A stretch of 45,162 bases of DNA, taken from the IMG/VR virus record IMGVR_UViG_3300020045_008887, positions 1 through 45,162 of that record; one strand, 5' to 3'. Numbering within the stretch: the stretch's first letter is position 1; every line of letters starts with the position of its first letter. The stretch comes from a virus. Taxonomy: Duplodnaviria > Caudoviricetes. This document shows positions 33,293-43,448 of the stretch, one piece after another. Below the pieces are notes generated by a model. That model was not told the origin of the DNA, made no database searches, and was given only the letters and a program-made list of their open reading frames with translations. Made by a program: the position numbers and the translations under genes.

Positions 33293-35128
33293 TTAGTTAT
33301 AATTTTTCCCATAGTTAATATAAAGGTTAGTACCATCATAGGTATAGCTTATAATGTCTATGCTATTTGCAGTCGTGCTTAAAGTGACGACACCAGCCCC
33401 GCCATTGATCACTTTAGGAGTTGGAGAAATGGTTATTGTCCGGCCACCCGTCCCATCCTGGATCACGATTATATTACCTTCATCTCCATTGGTCAAATTT
33501 GATAAAGTCAAGGCGCAATTTCCGGTAAGGGTTATTTTAGCATTCGCCCCAATGTTGGTGTTCATCGTTACCGAGGCGGCATAAGTCAGCGTTTGATGTG
33601 CTTTTGTAACTTCGGGTGTAGATAAGTGTTTATTGAACTCAAATAAGTCCTTTGAACTGTTTAGTTTAATTGAACTGGTCGCATTTTCGACAAGCAAGAC
33701 ACTCGTGGTATATTTTTTAAGGTGTAAAAGGGTGTCACAGTAATCAGCTTGTGAAATTAATGGAATAGTCCTATAACCGTATGAAATAAAATTAGCCGTT
33801 ATCCCATCATTAGCATCATTTTCGCCTTGAAAATTAGTCGAATAACGCCCGGACGAATAGGAGTAAAAAGAAACAGCACTTTCGGCGGTGGTTGTTGATT
33901 GTACATTCCCTACACTATTATTTCCAGTTACTTCCAAAACGCCGCTCATAGTTATTTTTTCTGATCCGTTTGTTGTAACGAATTTCAGCAATCCTGTTTT
34001 TTCGCTTGCATCAAAAGATAAAGCACTTGTCTGGTTGTCGTAAAGTAGCCAGTTTGGGGCGGTGGTTAAACTTGAAATATCCCCACCGGCCAAAGAAATA
34101 GCATAATTTCCATTGCCATTGACTGCCCGGCAACTCATCCCTACATTAACACCTCCCGAATGAGTATCTTCTGAACGAAAATAACCACCTATTGATGCGC
34201 CAGTGTCTCCTGATGCTGAAACTTTACCTACACCGGCAACGCCTCTACCTTGGTTAGCCGCATTAGTAGATGCCACCCCGCCAACGCCTGTACCTGTATC
34301 TGAAGTTCCGGCAATTGCTTCTCCAATAGTACCAATGTTTCCCGTGTACGTGTGTCCTGTGTTACCTTTTGACGAAATAAAATTAGCAAGCGGAAAATCA
34401 GTTAAACTGGCATTTGTACCTATCAAAATAGGTTTGTTAAATAGAAACGAATTTTTAGAACTGTTAAAATTTACAGATGAAGTTGAATTTAATACTCCAA
34501 GCACTTCAGTTGTTGATTTATACAACTGCAAAATGGTATCGCAATGTAGCGAATATGCCCACATAGGTATCGTCCTGTATCCATATGATGAAAATTGCGA
34601 AACAAAACCGTCATTTCCATAATTTTCACCCCAGAAATTTACCGAAGCATTTCCTGAATTATATCCATAAAATCCTTTAGCACTTGATCCAGTCCCATAA
34701 CTATAATATGATAATGAATTACTACCAGTATTAGTTGCCTGATAAGCTCCATTACTAGTCTCGTCAATATTTATGATACCGTTTTCGAAAGTTTTTGTTT
34801 CAAAAATAGTATCTATTGTTGTTTTATAAACAATATTGGCGGTATCTAATGATGTAATTGATTGACTGTCAATTGTTATTGTTCCACCTTCAGCAATATT
34901 AATGCCTTTAACAAATAGATGCTTATTGAAAGTATAAGCATCTTGGTTGGTTCTGAATTTGACTGAATCCTGATATATTTCAATCAAAGACGAATCATTA
35001 CCGGCTTTATAAATTTGCAACAAATCCAAATACGGCAATTTGCCTATGTTCGTAGAAACAGGGACAACGCCCTGAGAAAATGCCCCAAATGAGGCTAAAA
35101 TTAAAAGTGATAAGATAAATTTTTTCAT
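33293..35128 (-). CDS. Tail fibre/adhesin-like protein with a signal peptide
   Basis: G/S/T/N-rich beta repeats and C-terminal IIVIQDGTGGRTIT...IDIISYTYDGTN; start MKKFILSLLIL at 35128. Confidence 0.65.
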   Translation of the reverse strand: MKKFILSLLILASFGAFSQGVVPVSTNIGKLPYLDLLQIYKAGNDSSLIEIYQDSVKFRTNQDAYTFNKHLFVKGINIAEGGTITIDSQSITSLDTANIVYKTTIDTIFETKTFENGIINIDETSNGAYQATNTGSNSLSYYSYGTGSSAKGFYGYNSGNASVNFWGENYGNDGFVSQFSSYGYRTIPMWAYSLHCDTILQLYKSTTEVLGVLNSTSSVNFNSSKNSFLFNKPILIGTNASLTDFPLANFISSKGNTGHTYTGNIGTIGEAIAGTSDTGTGVGGVASTNAANQGRGVAGVGKVSASGDTGASIGGYFRSEDTHSGGVNVGMSCRAVNGNGNYAISLAGGDISSLTTAPNWLLYDNQTSALSFDASEKTGLLKFVTTNGSEKITMSGVLEVTGNNSVGNVQSTTTAESAVSFYSYSSGRYSTNFQGENDANDGITANFISYGYRTIPLISQADYCDTLLHLKKYTTSVLLVENATSSIKLNSSKDLFEFNKHLSTPEVTKAHQTLTYAASVTMNTNIGANAKITLTGNCALTLSNLTNGDEGNIIVIQDGTGGRTITISPTPKVINGGAGVVTLSTTANSIDIISYTYDGTNLYINYGKNYN

Positions 35129-35188
35129 ATTATTTATATTTAACATTAATTAACTCATTATTTTGAATTGGATGGTACATTGTATATT

Positions 35189-35336
35189 GGCAAATATTTT
35201 AACCAAATGTGAAGTGGATATTGTTTGTTGATTATTAGATAGTTACGCGTTTTAGTTGTTTTTCTCGTTTTCATTGTTTTAGTTATTTGCTAAGTTGTTG
35301 ATTATTAGTGTGTTTAGTTTGGTTAATATTATTGCC
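35189..35336. repeat. 148-bp element B bounded by 19-bp inverted repeats
   Basis: GGCAAATATTTTAACCAAA ... TTTGGTTAATATTATTGCC, with IHF-consensus TAAGTTGTTGATT at 35291-35303. Confidence 0.75.
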
Positions 35337-35348
35337 TTTTACGTTTGT

Positions 35349-35966
35349 TTATAATCCGTAAATATAAGACCTCAAAGAAGGTATGTGAGTTTCAAGCCTA
35401 CCTCCGATATTCCTGGCAATGATAAATTCATACGTACCAGTTGGTGGGGTTGCGCCCTCAACGTAAGCGGATAAAGACGAAACAACCGAATAAGAAAAGG
35501 CAGTAGTTGCTATTGTATAAGTTAACTTTATCCCACCGCCATCCGGTATGTCTGAAATGGTAGCCGTCAATACATCATACGCCGAGAAGTCTGGCATTGC
35601 AATAGTACCAGCTGGGAAAATTACCGACAAAACAGTACTGACTTCGGTGACTGTTAATAAATCATCGTATTTGAACAATGTCCTATTTGCCCGCTTATTG
35701 AAATCGATAAGCTTTTTTAATTCTGCCCCCTGGGTTGCCGCAAGTGCATTGGTAGCCGTCAATGATGTTAAATTATCTTCAATCGTTGTGAAGAATTTAC
35801 CAGCTGCGACCTTGTAGTTTTTCCCTAAGTGAGTCAACAAAAGATAATCAGTAATCGCAATATCTTCAGGTGCAAGCAAATCTTCTTCTACTATCGTATT
35901 TGCCTCAACTGTAAATGTGTAGGTTAGGCCATCTTCTCCGGTTAGTATTATTGTTTTTGTTGCCAT
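35349..35966 (-). CDS. Tail-associated protein
   Basis: IEDNLTSLTATNALAATQGAELKKLID is a repeat motif typical of tail fibres. Confidence 0.6.
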   Translation of the reverse strand: MATKTIILTGEDGLTYTFTVEANTIVEEDLLAPEDIAITDYLLLTHLGKNYKVAAGKFFTTIEDNLTSLTATNALAATQGAELKKLIDFNKRANRTLFKYDDLLTVTEVSTVLSVIFPAGTIAMPDFSAYDVLTATISDIPDGGGIKLTYTIATTAFSYSVVSSLSAYVEGATPPTGTYEFIIARNIGGRLETHIPSLRSYIYGL

Positions 35967-35967
35967 T

Positions 35968-36789
35968 TTATTGATGTATGTTTATTTCAAATATCCAATC
36001 TTGACCAGACAAACCATTCGCAAAATATATATCTCCTGACGCATCGATATATCCAGCAGCTGATTGCGTTCCCGTTAAAACGGTATTTGTCCCGCTAAAA
36101 TAAACAATATAACCAGGGCTTATATATCCAGTAATATTACATAATTTTTTAGCATTACTTAATACAACGGCATTCGTCATTGTCACTGATCCGTGAATTA
36201 TCATTATGCCACCTCTAATATATCCATTTAAAACATGTGTAGTAAATTCAGCATCAATATCGGTATAATCAAAAACAACAGCAGTATTGGTTGTCGCTAA
36301 TTTATACGTCCATGGATGATAATCAAGTGTAGGCGTATAGACTGTTTTATTATCAATACCTAAAGTTTGCTTTTGTAAATTCTGAATAAATAAAATAGAT
36401 CCAATAGATATTATCCTAAAATAAAGCGTTGTTAGTGTTGAATTAAAATAATCAACAGTTCCACTTGCGAAAGCAATAGTTAAAGTACTTCCCTTTGTTA
36501 TTTTTAGAAAAACCTCACTGTCGGTTGGGATGTTGGTTAATGTTATAGTACCTGTAACTCCTATAATAAGCGGATTTATTGTTAAATTAATTTGCTCTAT
36601 CTTAAAAAACGACAAAGTACCTGTAGCAGAATCAGTCCAACTTACTGAACTATTAACCCGGGTGTTCAAAATAGTATTTAATGTCTGCTGTTCGGTTTCT
36701 GGCGTCGTACCGCTTGGGTGGTCTAATTCTATGACATATCCCAAATCTTTTCCTGCTTTTTCTTCAAGCTCTGAAATTCTTTTTCCCAT
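35968..36789 (-). CDS. Tail-associated protein
   Basis: KRISEL N-terminus, Thr-rich, located in the tail module. Confidence 0.55.
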   Translation of the reverse strand: MGKRISELEEKAGKDLGYVIELDHPSGTTPETEQQTLNTILNTRVNSSVSWTDSATGTLSFFKIEQINLTINPLIIGVTGTITLTNIPTDSEVFLKITKGSTLTIAFASGTVDYFNSTLTTLYFRIISIGSILFIQNLQKQTLGIDNKTVYTPTLDYHPWTYKLATTNTAVVFDYTDIDAEFTTHVLNGYIRGGIMIIHGSVTMTNAVVLSNAKKLCNITGYISPGYIVYFSGTNTVLTGTQSAAGYIDASGDIYFANGLSGQDWIFEINIHQ

Positions 36790-36793
36790 AATA

Positions 36794-37699
36794 TTAATTA
36801 TTATATGTTCGTTCCGTTAATCCTGTTGACCTATCATCTAATCCAGTTGACCTATATTCATCTTCAAATACAGGGTTAGTACCTGTAAATTCTTCATCCT
36901 CTGCAAAGTTATAGTAATTTTTCTGGGTTAATTTTATTTTTGAAGGATAAAGACAGTTATGTGTTGCTTCAAAATCCCAGCTTTCATTAGTACCGAACTC
37001 AACCCCGTTGACCCAAAATGATTCGTGGCCAATAGCCAATTCCAAAACAGTTTGTACATATTCCGGGACTAAATCGACTTGCAAAAGTCTTTGGTTTTTA
37101 GGCAATGAATATGTATTTTCAACATTGCCGTCCGTATCTTCGTACACGCTATTTTCATTACCACTCAATTTGCGTTTTATTTCACCTACAATCCTTAAGG
37201 TAGCGTTTTGAGCATCCCATATAAAAGGGTCGTTTAGCGAATCTGAACCAAACCACTCTATTTTTAGCCCCGGGCAATCTTGTTCCACGTGGAACGCTTC
37301 GCTCTCAAAAGTAAGTATAGGCTTTAAAATCTCATAACAATAAATCTGAACGTAATAATCACCGCTCAACGAATTCAAATCAATATCTGTTTGATAAAGT
37401 CTTGACCCGTAAAATTCGCTGGTAGAATCATAGCTCAAAAGCAATGTCTTTGAAAGCGTACCAATTATCGTCCCGGTACTCGAATAAAGGGTAATTGTAA
37501 ATTCTGAATAGTCAGTTCTGTATTGAAAAAATGCCGGATCGGTCTGGTCAAATGAAAAATAATATGGCTCATCAAACTGCCTATCTTGGTACTCGTAATC
37601 CCGGAAAAACCTAGTCTTTTCGGTCTGCATCTTCAAAAGATAGTCTTCTTTTCTGACAAAACTAAAAGGCGTATTCGGTAATATATTAAACTTTGCCAT
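36794..37699 (-). CDS. Tail tip/structural protein
   Basis: 301 aa, downstream of the tape measure region. Confidence 0.55.
   Translation of the reverse strand: MAKFNILPNTPFSFVRKEDYLLKMQTEKTRFFRDYEYQDRQFDEPYYFSFDQTDPAFFQYRTDYSEFTITLYSSTGTIIGTLSKTLLLSYDSTSEFYGSRLYQTDIDLNSLSGDYYVQIYCYEILKPILTFESEAFHVEQDCPGLKIEWFGSDSLNDPFIWDAQNATLRIVGEIKRKLSGNENSVYEDTDGNVENTYSLPKNQRLLQVDLVPEYVQTVLELAIGHESFWVNGVEFGTNESWDFEATHNCLYPSKIKLTQKNYYNFAEDEEFTGTNPVFEDEYRSTGLDDRSTGLTERTYNN
37281..37296. promoter_or_regulatory. parS-like palindrome 4 (inside a CDS, encodes FHVEQ)
   Basis: TGTTCCACGTGGAACG. Confidence 0.75.
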
Positions 37700-37708
37700 A
37701 TTGCAAAT

Positions 37709-40000
37709 TTAAGTTAATTCTATCAAATAATTCAAATCATCCACGTATATTAACCCATCGTGATTAATGAGTAGTTTAAATGCTCCAATGTCTGGCGGGA
37801 AACATTCAAAGCCACTCCAATTTGTAGGCTCGTTTTTTACCGGTTCGCTGGTTATCGTATCAATAGCCATAAAGATTACTTCCTCTGTTATCCTGTCGGT
37901 TAACCGTAATATCCCGCCCGGATTGGCTTCTAATAATAGCCACATCGCACTTGTCACCGGTGCGTTAAATCCGATTTTATAACCGCTCAAAACAGGTGCG
38001 CCCAAACGACTATTAAGTATGTTTTTGTTTTCGTAAAGTATTTCTGTTTCACCTGTTTTTAAAGTGCCTAAATCAGTGACAAATGATGATTTTGCATAGA
38101 TTAAATTATATGATGGGTATTTCCAAAGCCCTACATTTAGCCAAAAACCCCACCTTAGTAATGCCCTGGCCGGGGTTAAATTTAAGTTCATTGGAGTTGT
38201 GATTAAAGGAATTCCTTCAATTGGCAATGTAAACCCTTCTGTTGTTAACTGCATTAGATTACCGTCACCATCTTTGATAAGGTCTATAACAAAATTATAA
38301 CCATCCCATTCCGTGTCAGTTGTCGAATATTCCAACAACGGATAACGCCGGCAAAATTCAACAGCATAACAGGCAGTTTTGTAATCAGTGATCAATTCTA
38401 AAGGGTTATCGACCGGTTTTATACAAGTCGAAAATTCGGACGTACCGCAATACTCTTCCAACCCTGATGTTTTTTCGTATGCTTCGACCTCACATCCCAA
38501 TTTAACCGAATTGAAATATAAATCAGTAGCCCTTTCTTTAGTAAAGGATTTCATTTCTATTGGTGGAATGTCGGCTATTATTGTATCGTTAAAAAAGTCC
38601 TCACGTTTTTTGATCACTACCTTTTCTATCCCGTCAATAGTTTCGATAGTCCACCCAAGGCACTTGTTTTTATTGTAAAAATCAAATAGTTTTTCGAAGG
38701 TAAATGTAAGTTGTGCAACTTTTACAGCATCGGGGCCGATTACATTTCCTTGCGGAAAATTACGCAATAACATGCCGTTCGTTAACCCAATGTAGGCATA
38801 TTCACCCTCGCTTGTGTAACCCAAATCAGTACGCCCAAATATTTCAGAATAAAAAGCATCGGGTACACCGGTGATACCTTCGATTACCCGGCTAAACGCC
38901 TCGTGAGGTAAGATAAATTTTGTATAAGTTATATTATATTTGTCGCTATAATCTAATGATATGTAGCTATTTGCCAATACGGTTAAATTACTTTGAGCAT
39001 TCGTTAATGCGTTAATGGCGTAATGGTAGGCATATAAAAGCAAACCCTCGTTTGGTTCTAAATCAATTGTTCCATCTGTCGCAAATAAATAATTAAACAA
39101 TGGCCCCGTGTAATTAGTTTGCTCATATACCTTAACGAAACTCGCTCCAATCGGATTCCCATCAATATCAAATACAGCCTTATAAAGAACAATCCTCAAA
39201 TCCCAGTCGTTTGGCTGGATGGATAATGTACTTCGATGATTGACCAATAAATTAATATCATAAGTTACACGTGCGTATCCATTCGTGTAAAAAAAGCAAT
39301 CGGTTGTACTCGCAGAATTAATGATCGTATAAACAGCCCCGCCAAACTCAAGTGCCGCAACCTCTTGCACAACTGGGTTAATGTATGCTGTTGTAATTCC
39401 TAAAACAACATTACGAGGGCTGTCAGTAGTTGAATATGTTTGTTCGTCAATAATATAAGGTACTCCTTTATCAGCTACATCAATCCCAAATACTTTAATC
39501 GTCCGGTAACCGTCCGTATCATGGAAAGTATTGCCACCACCAAAATCAGAATCAATGGAAGGATAAGGATCAATAGCCGTGCCGTCAACTGTTTCTAACC
39601 TATCGTAAGGCACTTCAATTGCTTTGCGGGCATCTAAAACCTGTTCAAACCCGGACGCAACCAAGGATATTTTAACCCCTTTACCATATTCGGTCGAATA
39701 ACTAAAAGTCGTGAAGTCAAACTTAAGGTAACTTTCTTGCTCGTAAATGCCGGTTTTACCATTCAACCGCTCAACTTTTAACCAAACATCGGCATTGATC
39801 CCGTCTGTCGTTTCGATTGAATCAAGCAAATCAAACCCATCTTTGATAAAAGTCAAATCTGATGTAAATTTTCTGAACAACCCGATAGCCGACATTGAAC
39901 GGGTAATCGCCCGGTTGCGCTTATCCCACCCGACCGGGGCATGTTCCAGAACCGTTGAAACGGAATTATAAATTATGGTAAATTGATGGGTATGTTTCAT
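37709..40000 (-). CDS. Large tail tip/hub protein
   Basis: 763 aa immediately after the tape measure gene. Confidence 0.6.
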   Translation of the reverse strand: MKHTHQFTIIYNSVSTVLEHAPVGWDKRNRAITRSMSAIGLFRKFTSDLTFIKDGFDLLDSIETTDGINADVWLKVERLNGKTGIYEQESYLKFDFTTFSYSTEYGKGVKISLVASGFEQVLDARKAIEVPYDRLETVDGTAIDPYPSIDSDFGGGNTFHDTDGYRTIKVFGIDVADKGVPYIIDEQTYSTTDSPRNVVLGITTAYINPVVQEVAALEFGGAVYTIINSASTTDCFFYTNGYARVTYDINLLVNHRSTLSIQPNDWDLRIVLYKAVFDIDGNPIGASFVKVYEQTNYTGPLFNYLFATDGTIDLEPNEGLLLYAYHYAINALTNAQSNLTVLANSYISLDYSDKYNITYTKFILPHEAFSRVIEGITGVPDAFYSEIFGRTDLGYTSEGEYAYIGLTNGMLLRNFPQGNVIGPDAVKVAQLTFTFEKLFDFYNKNKCLGWTIETIDGIEKVVIKKREDFFNDTIIADIPPIEMKSFTKERATDLYFNSVKLGCEVEAYEKTSGLEEYCGTSEFSTCIKPVDNPLELITDYKTACYAVEFCRRYPLLEYSTTDTEWDGYNFVIDLIKDGDGNLMQLTTEGFTLPIEGIPLITTPMNLNLTPARALLRWGFWLNVGLWKYPSYNLIYAKSSFVTDLGTLKTGETEILYENKNILNSRLGAPVLSGYKIGFNAPVTSAMWLLLEANPGGILRLTDRITEEVIFMAIDTITSEPVKNEPTNWSGFECFPPDIGAFKLLINHDGLIYVDDLNYLIELT

Positions 40001-42282
40001 CGTCTGCTTCTTTCAAGTCGTTTGTCGAATTTAGCATCATAGCGATTAATGATGTTAACGGTCGGTTTACTTTCCCTCACCGATCTATTCAAAGCATCTA
40101 ATCTTCTTTCAATGCCTATGGTTGACATTCCAGACATTTGGCTTGCGGCCAGCATTTTTTGAGTTTCTTCGTGAGGAAATATTTCGGCATGCTCATATTT
40201 AGACCCGGAATAAATCTTTGGTTTGGTGGCCAATTCATACCCTCCGCTAGCTAGTTTCATTAACTCATAACCAGCTTCACCGGCTAAGAAAGTACGGGCT
40301 GCGTCATCTGTACCTTCAGCATATGCCGGCATTACAGGAGGCTTTTGGGCTAAAACAATCCCCGCCTGTAATACTGCCATTGCTGCATAAAATCCAGTCA
40401 ACGCCGGAGCTTCAACACTATTAACAGCCGCCGCAATTGCTATGTCTGCAATTGCCTTTTGTTGAGATAATTTAAACTCTTTAAGTTGTATTTGATATTT
40501 TTTGATGGCATATTCACGCTCTAATTTATCGGTATTCTTACCAAGATTGCTTTCGCTTTCAATTCTTGACTGATAATATACATCCAAAGCATCCATTTCC
40601 TGGCTCAATCGTAGTTCCTGGATGCTAAAAATAGTATCAGATGTTTGTTTTACAAGAGAATGAATAGCATCTTGCTTTTGTTTTTCTAATGCTATTTCTT
40701 TTTGCGCTGCATCTTCATCGTCTTGTGCTTTTTTATCTAAAAATTTTTTATTTTCTTTATATCTTTTTTTCATCCCATCAGATAATCCTACAGTCAATGT
40801 TTCATCTGTTTTCAAACGTTCATTCATTTGCTCTTTTATAAAAGCAGTTATCTGTAATTCGTTTTCATAATGAACATTAGTCAAGTTTTTTAAATTATCT
40901 TTTCTTGCAGCAACTTCATTTTTTAAATTTTCTTCAATCATAGTGCTTCTTTTTGTTGAAGCTTTCATTGTATTTTCTAATGCTGATTGCTCGGCTGATT
41001 TCATTACCTCGTATGTGGCTACGATCCTATCCCTTGTTTTATCGTCTAATTGAGCCATATTTTCAATAACTTCTCGATAATGCAATTCTTGTTCTGATGC
41101 AGGATTTTTTAACATTTCAGTCAATTGTTTCATTGATTCTTCCATGTATTCCTGCGATGTTTTACCGTATTGCAATTCTAATTTTTCAAGTTTCTTTTGG
41201 TTTGCTTCGTATTCTTCATTTTTCTTTTCGTCATATTCCGTAAATGCCTCATAATTAGTTATGTAATCCATTATTTCAGCTTCACTTAATTTACTCCTTT
41301 CGCTTGCTATTACTATTTCTGCCCTAAATGCCTGTTTAGCAACACGTGTCCGCTTGTCCGATAATTCTTGCTCTTTTGCGATATATTTATCAATAGCTGA
41401 AATCCTTTCGGTATTTGATTTTGTATTGTCTTTATATATTTTTTCTAATGCCAGTAATTCATCTTTTGCATTTGACTCAGCAACCCTTAAGGCTAATTGC
41501 CTATCTCCAAGGTCGTCCAATAATGCTGCATATTCCCTGCCGGCTGCTACTGCATCTTTAAAATTTTGTATTAAATTTTCAAACGTAAGTCCACCGGTTG
41601 CCATTCCCCTAAGAAATGAGTTAAAACCTTCTTTTAAACCACCCGTAACAATTGCGAATTTATCAGCCGTTGTTTGGATTGATTCTATTGATTGTTTTGC
41701 AATATCAATACCTTTTTTAAATAACTCAATTCCACCAACCGCCAAACCCAAAGCCCCGGCTGCTTTCATTATTCCCTGAAAGTATTTACCTACACTATTC
41801 GAAGCAGGTGCGCCGGTCGTATCGTTGACCCTTTTTAGTTCGGCTTGTAATTTATTTGCTTTAGCGGCTGCAACTGTTGCCTGTTCGCTCGTTTTGCCGT
41901 ATTGAACTGCCATTTCTCGAGCATATTTAACCGCTTCGCTTGTTGTTTTCTTTAATTTTTCATATTCTGAATTTTGTTTTTTTGTTATCTCAATATCTTT
42001 TTCTTTCTGTTTTACTTTTTTAGCTTCAACAGTTACAAGTCTTTCAGTTTCCTTTGCTAAAGCTTGTTCATTTTTGATAGCCTGCGCATCGGTTTGAAGC
42101 TTTAATTTATTGAGTTTTTCAAGTTCCTGTTCTTCTTTGATTTGAACACGGGTTTTGTCCGAAATCATATCGTAAACCTTACCCAATTCGGCATACTTCG
42201 TAGCAGCCGTTTCGAGCATCTTTATAAATTGCTCCCCTTGTTTGATCGCTTCGGGCGAAAGTAGTTCGTTAATCTCGGCCAT
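39997..42282 (-). CDS. Tape measure protein
   Basis: 761 aa, A/K/E-rich and helical, with SVGKY..G, Ala-rich hydrophobic stretches and a C-terminal YAEGT...AGEAGYE motif. Confidence 0.8.
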   Translation of the reverse strand: MAEINELLSPEAIKQGEQFIKMLETAATKYAELGKVYDMISDKTRVQIKEEQELEKLNKLKLQTDAQAIKNEQALAKETERLVTVEAKKVKQKEKDIEITKKQNSEYEKLKKTTSEAVKYAREMAVQYGKTSEQATVAAAKANKLQAELKRVNDTTGAPASNSVGKYFQGIMKAAGALGLAVGGIELFKKGIDIAKQSIESIQTTADKFAIVTGGLKEGFNSFLRGMATGGLTFENLIQNFKDAVAAGREYAALLDDLGDRQLALRVAESNAKDELLALEKIYKDNTKSNTERISAIDKYIAKEQELSDKRTRVAKQAFRAEIVIASERSKLSEAEIMDYITNYEAFTEYDEKKNEEYEANQKKLEKLELQYGKTSQEYMEESMKQLTEMLKNPASEQELHYREVIENMAQLDDKTRDRIVATYEVMKSAEQSALENTMKASTKRSTMIEENLKNEVAARKDNLKNLTNVHYENELQITAFIKEQMNERLKTDETLTVGLSDGMKKRYKENKKFLDKKAQDDEDAAQKEIALEKQKQDAIHSLVKQTSDTIFSIQELRLSQEMDALDVYYQSRIESESNLGKNTDKLEREYAIKKYQIQLKEFKLSQQKAIADIAIAAAVNSVEAPALTGFYAAMAVLQAGIVLAQKPPVMPAYAEGTDDAARTFLAGEAGYELMKLASGGYELATKPKIYSGSKYEHAEIFPHEETQKMLAASQMSGMSTIGIERRLDALNRSVRESKPTVNIINRYDAKFDKRLERSRR

Positions 42283-42833
42283 TACGCTGGTTTTTTAGGT
42301 AACTTTTTCATTGCTAAATCGTGATAACCTTTGAGTTTAAATAGTTTTTCCCTTCCAATCGGATAGCCTAATAAATCCTCAATTCTCATCACGTGTTCGA
42401 CTGTTGACATTTTTTGATCTTGTACGGGTTGCTTAAACCTATCAGTCAATTGTTTAAGCAATATCTTTAGTTTTTGTATCTTGTCTGTTATTTCACCTAT
42501 GTTTTCAGGAGAATATTCATGTTTAAAATGCTTTTCAAATATGGCTAACATATCCTTTCGAGGTTCAATCATCCCGCCTACTATAAAAGATTTGTACATC
42601 AAAATGTACAGGTTTATTTTGGCCTCTAAATGCGTGATCATTGTCTTGTCATACATCAAATATTTAGCCTCTTTTTTATTTATCTTCGAGGCCATTTTTC
42701 TATTTAGTTTATTGATTGCTTTAACAAGGTATTTTTCAGGCCACGGGTATTTTATCAAAAGAATAGCAGTAGGGTTTTCTTCGAGTTGACAAAATTCGTC
42801 AATAATTAAAGTATAGTATCCTTTATAAATCAT
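42282..42833 (-). CDS. Probable tail assembly chaperone
   Basis: Position directly before the tape measure gene. Confidence 0.4.
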   Translation of the reverse strand: MIYKGYYTLIIDEFCQLEENPTAILLIKYPWPEKYLVKAINKLNRKMASKINKKEAKYLMYDKTMITHLEAKINLYILMYKSFIVGGMIEPRKDMLAIFEKHFKHEYSPENIGEITDKIQKLKILLKQLTDRFKQPVQDQKMSTVEHVMRIEDLLGYPIGREKLFKLKGYHDLAMKKLPKKPA

Positions 42834-43276
42834 CCGTGTAATTGTTTTGCGTATTCTTCTAAGTATTTAGGGGTTATTATTTTCCTTGCTTGATCTTTGC
42901 TTGTTTCATTATATTCGAATATTTCAAGACTATAACGACCTTGTAAGTCCATTGTCTTTGAATCTGAACTGGTGAAATTATACTCATCCGACCCAATGAA
43001 TATAAATATTCCTTTTTGAAAATTACCTATTACATAAAAATCAGCCCTTCCTTCTGCAAAATATGTAGGTAATGTTTCTTTGTATTTCAAATAACCGGGA
43101 GAATAAAGAGGGGTTTCGCCTTTACTAGTAAAACCGCCTCTCATTTGGTATCTTAAAATGTCGCAAAGATATTTTTCATTATCCCTAATAATTGTGATCA
43201 AAATAGCCTTAGTGTCGATCTTTTGCAACCGGTCTAAGAGCTGTTTGATTTTATTATCAGGATTTATGTTCGACAT
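42830..43276 (-). CDS. Probable neck/tail-completion protein
   Basis: 148 aa with YS..Y..YK and DFY..GNF; located in the tail module. Confidence 0.45.
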   Translation of the reverse strand: MSNINPDNKIKQLLDRLQKIDTKAILITIIRDNEKYLCDILRYQMRGGFTSKGETPLYSPGYLKYKETLPTYFAEGRADFYVIGNFQKGIFIFIGSDEYNFTSSDSKTMDLQGRYSLEIFEYNETSKDQARKIITPKYLEEYAKQLHG

Positions 43277-43448
43277 CTTTTTTTGTAGTTTTCTTTTCGA
43301 TTATACCGCCAATTTTTTCGTAGGCTGCCTCGAAATCACCGTAAAACCCTACACCTTCCAGAAATGATTTAAACTTTGGAAAATCAAGGCTTTTGTATGT
43401 AGGGCTAACCTCTGCCAGCCCTACATCCTTAGTTTTTTCAACCGACAT
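43257..43448 (-). CDS. Small hypothetical protein
   Basis: 63 aa, abutting the tail tube candidate. Confidence 0.5.
   Translation of the reverse strand: MSVEKTKDVGLAEVSPTYKSLDFPKFKSFLEGVGFYGDFEAAYEKIGGIIEKKTTKKDVEHKS

Noticed and set aside
42282-43448. Programmed frameshift in tail assembly chaperones
   Set aside because: No convincing slippery heptamer was identified at the ORF junctions.
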